Positions 8,347-14,444 of a DNA stretch of 24,000 nucleotides are shown piece after piece. Below the pieces are notes generated by a model. That model made no database searches and was not told the DNA's origin. It worked only from the letters and a program-made list of their open reading frames with translations. Both the position numbers and the translations under genes were made by a program. How positions within the stretch are numbered: the first letter of the stretch is position 1; every line of letters begins with the position of its first letter. Source of the stretch: Vibrio phage VspSw_1; sequence record MH925094.1; one strand, 5' to 3'.

Positions 8347-8704
8347 ATTTGGTTCTGCATGACCCCAAACTATATGCAGGTAAAACCTAGGATACGGTGC
8401 CTAGGAAACCAAAAACAAATTGTTTATCAGGTTTTGGGTCTTTAGGCTAAAACCGACGTACATCCTGACTTAGTACCTTGAGTGAGAACGACGTGAGAAT
8501 GAAACCAACGAACGCTACGGCTCAGTAGTTGCGGATTCCAATACCTGACCAATACCGATAGGGAAAAGTAAAGCCACCGAGGTTTACTGGTAAGCAACCA
8601 AATTCAGGTGAACTGCGAAACTCTCGACTACCATCGTTCGCAAGTAGTTTACCGAATCCCGCTAGTGGACAGGGCGGTATATAAGTACTTCCACCCAGAT
8701 AGTT

Positions 8705-8781
8705 GGGGCGAAGCTTAAGTGTGTATAAGCACCGGACTTTTAATCCGGCGATAGTGGGTTCGAATCCCATCGCCCCTACCA
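8705..8781 (+). tRNA. tRNA-Lys(TTT)
   Basis: CCGGA-CTTTTAA-TCCGG; GGGGCG/CGCCCC acceptor; CCA. Confidence 0.95.
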
Positions 8782-8788
8782 AGTTAAT

Positions 8789-8863
8789 GCACTAGAAGGC
8801 GAAAGGCTAGCCGGCTCCCTTTCAAGGAGTTGTAAGCGGGTTCGATACCCGTCTAGTGTTCCA
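8789..8863 (+). tRNA. tRNA-Glu(TTC)
   Basis: GCACTAG/CTAGTGT; CTCC-CTTTCAA-GGAG; CCA. Confidence 0.9.
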
Positions 8864-8870
8864 AATCAAT

Positions 8871-8945
8871 TCACCGGAAGGCAAATGGCGAGCCATCTCC
8901 CTTTCAAGGAGACGTTAGCGAGTTCGATTCTCGTCCGGTGAACCA
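8871..8945 (+). tRNA. tRNA-Glu(TTC), second copy
   Basis: TCACCGG/CCGGTGA; TCTCC-CTTTCAA-GGAGA; CCA. Confidence 0.88.
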
Positions 8946-9141
8946 GATTTCTTTAGTTAACATTCTGAACTCGTGCCAGCGCAAGAAAACATGCCCAGTG
9001 AGGGAGATGACAAGGTGGCGGATGTCTTGGAGATTTGCAACTCCGATGGTGTAAAAGAGGGCTATGGACGACCGCGAAAGAATGGGAGTAGCGAGTAACG
9101 TGTGGCTTAGGGTGTTAAGCTAAAGAAATTTAAAAAATCAA

Positions 9142-9170
9142 TTGCCTGAGACTCAGGCAATTGATATAAT
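9142..9170 (+). promoter_or_regulatory. Promoter TTGCCT-N17-TATAAT with 14-bp palindrome
   Basis: ATCAATTGCCTGAG-A-CTCAGGCAATTGAT 9137-9165; boxes 9142-9147 and 9165-9170. Confidence 0.8.
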
Positions 9171-9346
9171 AATCAAACAAATTGAGATTTCTTTGAGAAA
9201 GCGAACAAAGACGATAGCAGCTAAATGTGGGTATAACACTGCTGAAATCCTCAGGGCACCCTCAACGCGCAAACCTGTATGCGAAAGAGTCGGAGTTCAC
9301 GTTGTCTGTAACCGGTTTGGACGACAGCTTTCATCAAAGAGATTTC

Positions 9347-9422
9347 GGGGTCTTAGCTCAGTTGGGAGAGCAGGGTCTTTGCAAGGCTCAGGTCGAGGGT
9401 TCGAGTCCCTCAGATTCCACCA
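9347..9422 (+). tRNA. tRNA-Ala(TGC)
   Basis: GGGGTCT/AGATTCC; GGGTC-TTTGCAA-GGCTC; CCA. Confidence 0.93.
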
Positions 9423-9427
9423 AATTT

Positions 9428-9518
9428 GTCGTATTAAACGTCTATGGAGGACGGCAGGATTGTAGTCCCTGTGTCTGCGAAAGCGGCTCCCTAGGTTCGA
9501 TTCCTAGATGCGGCACCA
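9428..9518 (+). tRNA. tRNA-Tyr(GTA)
   Basis: GTCGTAT/ATGCGGC; CAGGA-TTGTAGT-CCCTG; long variable arm; CCA. Confidence 0.88.
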
Positions 9519-9524
9519 TTACAA

Positions 9525-9604
9525 TGCGGTTGTTTGAGTCCACTATACTTGTGTGATATAAGATTAATTCTAGGAGAAAACTGACTCAACCTAGAGCCGC
9601 ACCA
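9525..9604 (+). ncRNA. tRNA-like pseudoknotted small RNA candidate ending in CCA
   Basis: TGCGGTT/AGCCGCA end helix; TTGAGTC/GACTCAA interleaved with TCTAGG/CCTAGA. Confidence 0.45.
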
Positions 9605-9610
9605 AACAAC

Positions 9611-9688
9611 GGGTGAGAAGCATAAGTGAGTATATGCGGTCGGCTGTTAACCGAAAGATAGAGGGTTCAAGTCCCTCCTTGCCCGCCA
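9611..9688 (+). tRNA. tRNA-Asn(GTT)
   Basis: GGGTGAG/CTTGCCC; TCGG-CTGTTAA-CCGA; GAGGG-TTCAAGT-CCCTC; GCCA. Confidence 0.92.
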
Positions 9689-9706
9689 AATTATGAAAAC
9701 TTTCAA

Positions 9707-9735
9707 TAGCCTAATGAGTTTATTATTGCTATAAT
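9707..9735 (+). promoter_or_regulatory. Promoter TAGCCT-N17-TATAAT
   Basis: Boxes at 9707-9712 and 9730-9735; TAGAAATTGAGAG downstream. Confidence 0.8.
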
Positions 9736-9767
9736 AACTTTAGAAATTGAGAGAAAAGGAAAAACGT

Positions 9768-9941
9768 ATGTTTAATCAGTTTATGGTAATTAGTTCTATG
9801 GGTTGGATTATCCCTAAAGGTGATAAAATGAAAGCAGCTTTGTATGCTTACGCTTATGGAGCCAGTCTAAAAACGGTTAGACAACAATTCGGTATCAGCA
9901 AACGTCGCTTGAAGAAAGCGATAAATGCTGGAAACTGGTAA
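9768..9941 (+). CDS. Small basic protein with HTH-like segment
   Basis: MFNQFMVISSMGWIIPKGDKMKAALYAYAYGASLKTVRQQFGISKRRLKKAINAGNW; AAAAGGA RBS. Confidence 0.65.
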   Translation: MFNQFMVISSMGWIIPKGDKMKAALYAYAYGASLKTVRQQFGISKRRLKKAINAGNW

Positions 9942-9949
9942 AGAACAAT

Positions 9950-10028
9950 GCGGTGTTGGTCTAGTCAGGTCTAGGATGTCTCCCTGTCACGGAGAAGGTC
10001 ACGGGTTCGAATCCCGTACATCGCGCCA
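9950..10028 (+). tRNA. tRNA-Asp(GTC)
   Basis: GCGGTGT/ACATCGC; TCTCC-CTGTCAC-GGAGA; GCCA. Confidence 0.93.
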
Positions 10029-10033
10029 AACAA

Positions 10034-10108
10034 TGGGAGTTACCTCGAAGCTGGTTACCGTCAGAAGCGCAGGCTAAAGAAAAGCCTATAATACCTGCGC
10101 TGCTCCCA
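10034..10108 (+). ncRNA. Small structured RNA candidate with 7-bp acceptor-like helix
   Basis: TGGGAGT/GCTCCCA (10034-10040/10102-10108) coaxial with AGCGCAGG/CCTGCGCT hairpin (10066-10073/10094-10101). Confidence 0.45.
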
Positions 10109-10118
10109 CCCAAACAAT

Positions 10119-10194
10119 GCGTCTAAGTATACGGGTTATGCCGCGCGCCTTCCAAGCGTTGCAGAGTGGGGTTCGATTCCCCCTAGACGCTCCA
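10119..10194 (+). tRNA. tRNA-Gly(TCC)
   Basis: GCGTCTA/TAGACGC; loop CTTCCAA; GGGG-TTCGATT-CCCC; CCA. Confidence 0.9.
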
Positions 10195-10210
10195 AATTTT
10201 GGAGTCTATT

Positions 10211-10414
10211 ATGATTGTGTTTATTAATGAGAGCCAAGAAGTCTCACTATATTCTGACCTAGGTCAGTGTTTTGACAACGAGATTAACTTTCGTTTTAGT
10301 AAGATTCTTAACACAGAAACCGGAGAACTATACGTCTACGATGACGCCGGTGCTCTTGATTACCAAACCGTAATAGAGGTCTTCGATGATGAGTACGAAG
10401 ACGAAGACGAATAA
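10211..10414 (+). CDS. Hypothetical acidic protein (MIVFINESQEVSLYSDLG...)
   Basis: ATG after GGAG; squeezed between two tRNAs. Confidence 0.6.
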   Translation: MIVFINESQEVSLYSDLGQCFDNEINFRFSKILNTETGELYVYDDAGALDYQTVIEVFDDEYEDEDE

Positions 10415-10415
10415 A

Positions 10416-10490
10416 GCTGGTATACACAAGCAGGGCATGTGCGGGGCTGATAACCTCTGAAGACTGGTTCGAGTCCAGTTACCAGTACCA
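10416..10490 (+). tRNA. tRNA-Ile(GAT)
   Basis: GCTGGTA/TACCAGT; loop CTGATAA; CTGG-TTCGAGT-CCAG; CCA. Confidence 0.9.
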
Positions 10491-10497
10491 ATTTAAT

Positions 10498-10580
10498 GCA
10501 CGCATAGCCGAGGGGTACTACGAATGCCCTATCCGTAAGAGGAGCTGAAAATGGTGGTTCGAGTCCATCTGCGTGTGCCA
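10498..10580 (+). tRNA. tRNA with unassigned anticodon, possibly aberrant
   Basis: GCACGCA/TGCGTGT acceptor, GGTGG-TTCGAGT-CCATC T arm, G73+CCA; anticodon arm not resolvable by eye. Confidence 0.6.
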
Positions 10581-10586
10581 AACAAT

Positions 10587-10663
10587 CAGAGCGTAGGGCA
10601 GTCTGGTAGCCTACTCCACTTGGAATGGAGATGTCGCAGGTTCAAATCCTGCCGCTCTGACCA
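10587..10663 (+). tRNA. tRNA-Pro(TGG)
   Basis: CAGAGCG/CGCTCTG; CTCCA-CTTGGAA-TGGAG; CCA. Confidence 0.93.
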
Positions 10664-10670
10664 GTTAACT

Positions 10671-10747
10671 CGGTGCTTAGCTCAGTAGTGTAGAGCGCTC
10701 CGTTTGGGACGGAGGGGTCGTGGGTTCGAGTCCTACAGTGCCGACCA
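10671..10747 (+). tRNA. tRNA-Pro(TGG), second copy
   Basis: CGGTGCT/AGTGCCG; CTCCG-TTTGGGA-CGGAG; CCA. Confidence 0.88.
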
Positions 10748-10749
10748 AT

Positions 10750-10892
10750 TTTGAGACGTTAGTTCAGCAACACCCAAGATAGCTGTTAACTCAAAGATGC
10801 GGGTCAACCGAGCTGTCGGTTGTAAAGTCAGAACAGTCGTTGAGCTTGCCGTAGGAGGGCAGCCTTAGCCGGGGTACGTAAAACCTCTCAAA
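10750..10892 (+). ncRNA. Structured RNA candidate closed by TTTGAGA/TCTCAAA
   Basis: End helix 10750-10756/10886-10892; internal hairpin CAACCGA-GCTG-TCGGTTG 10805-10822. Confidence 0.45.
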
Positions 10893-10896
10893 TTAT

Positions 10897-10975
10897 GGGG
10901 TGTGATAGCTTTTGTGACTTAACCTTGAGAGACTAGGAGTAAGTGAGAGTTTATCGGGTTTACCCAACCCCTCCA
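10897..10975 (+). pseudogene. Degenerate tRNA-like sequence ending TCCA
   Basis: GGGGT/ACCCC ends plus T and CCA; no recognisable TTCGA loop. Confidence 0.35.
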
Positions 10976-10981
10976 ATTTAT

Positions 10982-11053
10982 GGACAGATGGTGTAACGTA
11001 ACACGCTAGCCAGCCAAAGGCTAGAGCGGGGTTATAATCCTCAATGTCCGCCA
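10982..11053 (+). tRNA. Divergent or degenerate tRNA (anticodon uncertain, loop AGCCAAA)
   Basis: GGACA/TGTCC acceptor core, GTG-TAACGTAA-CAC D arm without GG, CTAGCC-AGCCAAA-GGCTAG, T loop TTATAAT, GCCA. Confidence 0.5.
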
Positions 11054-11059
11054 AACAAT

Positions 11060-11136
11060 AGCGGGTTAGTTTAATTGGTAAAACCTTGGATTTTGATTCC
11101 AAAGTCGCAGGGGTTCGAATCCCCCACCCGCCGCCA
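11060..11136 (+). tRNA. tRNA-Gln(TTG)
   Basis: TTGGA-TTTTGAT-TCCAA; GGGG-TTCGAAT-CCCC; weak 1:72 pair; GCCA. Confidence 0.9.
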
Positions 11137-12292
11137 AAGAGGAGACACCAGAGCCTTGCAACAGTTCTGGTATGGGGTGGCTAGCAAGAGCCTGCCCACA
11201 GGGTGTCTAGTATATGCACTCACGGTCGATGCCCTTGGAAGATAGGGAATATATAAAGCCGCCGATACCTTCGGGTTAGGGGCTTCGGAAGTTCGCTTCT
11301 GGATTCTAGCAAGTCCGCTATAAACCGTGCCGAAAGGCAGCGCACGGGGAATCACAAAAGTGTACTTGTACATTTTCGGCTGTATCTGGTCGTTAGAATA
11401 ATCTATCGAAAGGTAGGAAGGGCATTACCCACCCAGGGTGTCGCCGGTCTTCGGACGGTTCGTGGATAAAAGTACGAGACTCCTAGATATAATTTACCTC
11501 TAGGGCTTCCTGAAAGAAAAGGGGAGAAAAGTCAAGAAAACTAGAGCGAGGTTCGTAGGTAGGGTATGCCTATGGATACTGGGAAGATAACCAAGAGCCC
11601 TAAAGAAGACCGCAATCTTCTGCCTCGATGCAACTCTGGAAGACCGACGAAAGTCTAACGTATAACACATTAGTGCGAGCAGTCATGTAAGTGCGGTGTG
11701 TACCAAAACAAGGTTGGGTTGAAGAATCTAAATCTTGCAAGGAGTTTAGTAGCGGGAACGTGAACGACATGACTGAGTGGAATATCCGGTTATCCAAAAG
11801 GTAACGGGCTCCTGTGGGGACACTCAGTTGGGATGCTTAACATACAATGAACTAGACAGTTAATCTAATCTTCATAGGATTTATATAAAAGCAAAAGAGC
11901 CCCACGGTACATGTTGAAAGGCGGTTAATTCCTAGCCCCCTCAAGGAACTAGGAGCATAGAAGGTCGCAAGCCTGATATGTTTTATCGGAAAAAGAATTT
12001 AGCGTCTTAGCGGATGCGAACGGGTCGCAAGCTCGGAAGGAATGGAACGATAGAGTAGACATGTATGACACTCCCACAGCATGGAGTCTAAATATTGCAC
12101 CGCTGTTCGGATACCAGTGAGAACTGGTGGATAAGCCCTAAGACATACGGGTAGTGAAAGACCGGACAATGTAAGCCGTAATCTCAGGCTGAATATTTTG
12201 AGGATTCTTTGAGTTGTGTTCGGTGAAGTGGGTTGCCCTCCCAAAGGGTCGTCAGAACTTCCGAATATAACTCATCAAAGAATAGATTTAAT
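11137..12292 (+). ncRNA. Candidate large ornate non-coding RNA region (exact ends unknown)
   Basis: No plausible + ORF; many short hairpins with GNRA/UUCG loops, a 9-bp long-range helix, and a 3'-terminal 20-bp helix; flanked by tRNAs. Confidence 0.6.
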
Positions 12293-12369
12293 GCAGGAAT
12301 GGCGGAATTGGCATACGCGCTGGACTTAGAATCCAGATTTTGAGAGTTCGAGTCTCTCTTCCTGTACCA
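12293..12369 (+). tRNA. tRNA-Leu(TAG), short variable loop
   Basis: GCAGGAA/TTCCTGT; CTGGA-CTTAGAA-TCCAG; CCA. Confidence 0.93.
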
Positions 12370-12374
12370 AATTA

Positions 12375-12398
12375 AGGGCGAGAAATCGCCCTATTTTT
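12375..12398 (+). terminator. Rho-independent terminator
   Basis: AGGGCGA-GAAA-TCGCCCT-ATTTTT. Confidence 0.85.
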
Positions 12399-12404
12399 AT
12401 CCCT

Positions 12405-12481
12405 GCTCGCATGGTCAAATTGGCATAGGCAATAGACTTAAAATCTATGGTATGTGGGTTCGACTCCCACTGCGAGTACCA
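12405..12481 (+). tRNA. tRNA-Leu(TAA), short variable loop
   Basis: GCTCGCA/TGCGAGT; ATAGA-CTTAAAA-TCTAT; CCA. Confidence 0.93.
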
Positions 12482-12613
12482 AACTCTAGGAGACCTGTTA
12501 AGAGCCTCACTGGTCTTTAAAGTATCGAAAGAGGTCTGCGCTACACGTGGCATACGTTAGACCGTAAGGGTTAGAAATATGTCGGAGCATGGGAGCAGCA
12601 TGCCACTAACAAA

Positions 12614-12710
12614 GGAAGAGTAAGCCGAAAGATTCTGGGTAACGGCAACGGTCTTGAAAACCGTCAGTCACTTAACGGGCGTGTGGGTTCGAATCCCACT
12701 TCTTCCGCCA
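12614..12710 (+). tRNA. tRNA-Ser(TGA)
   Basis: GGAAGAG/TTCTTCC; ACGGT-CTTGAAA-ACCGT; long variable arm; GCCA. Confidence 0.92.
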
Positions 12711-12813
12711 AATTAGAGCGTTCAGGCACCATGCCCTGAGGACGCGTATTCGACCTGATGCCGGTCAGCTGCGGTGAGACTCCGAAGTGTGGAACAATTT
12801 ATTAAAATCTTCA

Positions 12814-12842
12814 ATAGCTAAATAACCTAAATTTCTATATAA
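12814..12842 (+). promoter_or_regulatory. Promoter TAGCTA-N17-TATAAT
   Basis: CTTCAATAGCTAAATAACCTAAATTTCTATATAATATA. Confidence 0.8.
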
Positions 12843-12872
12843 TATATTTATAGAATTAAGAAAGGTATTCGC

Positions 12873-13283
12873 ATGAAGATAAAAACCATGAGTAGAGGCT
12901 ACAATCCTAGCATAAAGATTTCAAATATGTCAGTATCTTTGTTTATTAGGATGCAAGATGGAGAAACTTATCAGGTAGGTGTTATTAGACGACCTCTATC
13001 TAACCTAGGCTACGGACACGCTTTAATCACTAACGGAGATTACAATAGCAAAAACGTTACCCTAGAGCAGATAACTAAGCACTTAAAGGATGCGTATGAG
13101 CACATCTTAGGCCTAGACCCCAAGTCTGTTTCTTATTTTGACTTCTCGGTAGGTATACTGGACTACCACCACGGTAGACTACTATGGTCAGCCAAGAGTA
13201 CTGATAATGAGGATATTCACGCCACATTACGGAGCTTTAAGACTTTAGTTAAAAATTCCTTTGCGGTTTCTAAACTACAATAA
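12873..13283 (+). CDS. Hypothetical protein (136 aa)
   Basis: ORF after promoter and AAAGG. Confidence 0.75.
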   Translation: MKIKTMSRGYNPSIKISNMSVSLFIRMQDGETYQVGVIRRPLSNLGYGHALITNGDYNSKNVTLEQITKHLKDAYEHILGLDPKSVSYFDFSVGILDYHHGRLLWSAKSTDNEDIHATLRSFKTLVKNSFAVSKLQ

Positions 13284-13296
13284 TTAAAATCTTCGT

Positions 13297-13325
13297 TAGC
13301 TAAATAGCCTATATTTCTGTATAAT
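13297..13325 (+). promoter_or_regulatory. Promoter TAGCTA-N17-TATAAT
   Basis: Boxes at 13297-13302 and 13320-13325. Confidence 0.8.
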
Positions 13326-13355
13326 ATATTTATAGAATGAAGAAAGGGCAAGAGC

Positions 13356-13613
13356 ATGAAGAAACACATGGATTACTACGGTGTAGAGGCACTAATTAGA
13401 CTAGTTAGTGCAGAAATAAATGTACCCATGCTACAGCCGCGCCCCCACTTTCGAGTTAAGAAAGATAAAATATCTTGGAAAGTGTACGGAAGGCTAAACG
13501 AAGAAAAAGTTTTGTTTACAGGCATCCTAGACAGAAAGTCTTGGTTAGATAAGCGTAAGTCTCTGATTATGTACCACGAAGACAGTCATCCAACTGGATT
13601 CTACGATTTTTAA
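13356..13613 (+). CDS. Hypothetical protein (85 aa)
   Basis: ORF after promoter and AAAGGG. Confidence 0.7.
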   Translation: MKKHMDYYGVEALIRLVSAEINVPMLQPRPHFRVKKDKISWKVYGRLNEEKVLFTGILDRKSWLDKRKSLIMYHEDSHPTGFYDF

Positions 13614-13688
13614 GCCTTCAAAGCATTGCTGGCGATGCACTGGATTTGTAACCCAGTGAATTCGGTTCGATTCCGGATGAAGGCACCA
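13614..13688 (+). tRNA. tRNA-Thr(TGT)
   Basis: GCCTTCA/TGAAGGC; CTGGA-TTTGTAA-CCCAG; CCA. Confidence 0.92.
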
Positions 13689-13694
13689 AACAAT

Positions 13695-13767
13695 GTGGGA
13701 GGGACGCTGGGCGTCGGTCGGATTCCAAACCCGTATCTGCTAGGTTCGATTCCTAGCTCCTATGCCA
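13695..13767 (+). tRNA. tRNA-Trp(CCA)
   Basis: GTGGGAG/CTCCTAT; loop TTCCAAA; CTAGG-TTCGATT-CCTAG; G73, CCA. Confidence 0.8.
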
Positions 13768-13770
13768 AAT

Positions 13771-14007
13771 TGTACAATAGCGACGATAACGCTTGGTAAG
13801 GCACTGATAAATTATCGGCATAGCGCAACCTTACCACTAATACTATGGTTGTAATCACAACCCAGTCCACCGATACTGATTAGGAAGGCGGTAGGGTAAT
13901 CCCCGAATACAGATGTATTCGTTAGTATCTAAAAACAAGCGCAGTGAGGGGTGACAGCCTATAAGTCGTGTGGAGCAACTGCCTCCCATAGGTACTAACT
14001 AATACAA
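13771..14007 (+). ncRNA. Structured non-coding interval
   Basis: GGTAAGG/CCTTACC 13795-13835, GGTTGT-AATC-ACAACC 13847-13862, GAATAC-AGAT-GTATTC 13905-13920, GTTAGTA/TACTAAC 13921-13927/13993-13999. Confidence 0.45.
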
Positions 14008-14008
14008 T

Positions 14009-14084
14009 GCACGGTTGGCAGAGCGGCAGATGCGGCAGATTTACATTCTGTTTGAGGTGGGTTCGATTCCTACACCGTGTACCA
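14009..14084 (+). tRNA. tRNA-Val(TAC)
   Basis: GCACGGT/ACCGTGT; GCAGA-TTTACAT-TCTGT; CCA. Confidence 0.93.
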
Positions 14085-14090
14085 AATTAA

Positions 14091-14166
14091 GCCCCTGTAA
14101 CTCACCAGGTGAGAGTAGCAAGCTCATAACTTGTTAGGCAGGGTTCGAGTCCCTGAAGGGGTACCA
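14091..14166 (+). tRNA. tRNA with anticodon CAT (Met or Ile2)
   Basis: GCCCCT/AGGGGT; CAAG-CTCATAA-CTTG; CAGGG-TTCGAGT-CCCTG; CCA. Confidence 0.9.
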
Positions 14167-14180
14167 GTTAAGGAGCGATT

Positions 14181-14357
14181 ATGGAACATCCATTTATTGT
14201 TTATATAAAAGAAGAAGTTAACAAGCTTGATGCGCAAGTTAGGGCAGCTAGAGCCGAAGACTACCGAAACTCTAATCCGGTGGCTAGAGCCAAAATAAAG
14301 CGACTACTAACTGCTAAGCGAGAATTTGAAACGTTCCTAGCCCAAGAAAACAACTAA
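14181..14357 (+). CDS. Hypothetical small protein (58 aa)
   Basis: AAGGAG RBS; MEHPFIVYIKEEVNKLDAQVRAARAEDYRNSNPVARAKIKRLLTAKREFETFLAQENN. Confidence 0.65.
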   Translation: MEHPFIVYIKEEVNKLDAQVRAARAEDYRNSNPVARAKIKRLLTAKREFETFLAQENN

Positions 14358-14361
14358 TTAC

Positions 14362-14438
14362 GCAGCGGTAGCTCAGTTGGTTAGAGCGGTGGATTGAAGT
14401 CCCACAGGTCGAGGTCTCGATACCCTCTCGCTGCACCA
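14362..14438 (+). tRNA. tRNA-Phe(GAA)
   Basis: GCAGCGG/TCGCTGC; GTGGA-TTGAAGT-CCCAC; atypical T arm GAGGT-CTCGATA-CCCTC; CCA. Confidence 0.88.
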
Positions 14439-14444
14439 TATTAT

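Noticed and set aside
9142-9556. Plus-strand ORFs 9142-9465 and 9227-9556
   Set aside because: Both read through tRNA-Ala and the second also through tRNA-Tyr (QLGEQGLCKAQVEGSSPSDS is a tRNA artefact); no good RBS.
11600-12244. Minus-strand ORFs 11600-11797 and 11999-12244 inside the large non-coding interval
   Set aside because: Short, low-complexity translation with no neighbouring minus-strand genes; the interval is dominated by RNA-like hairpins.
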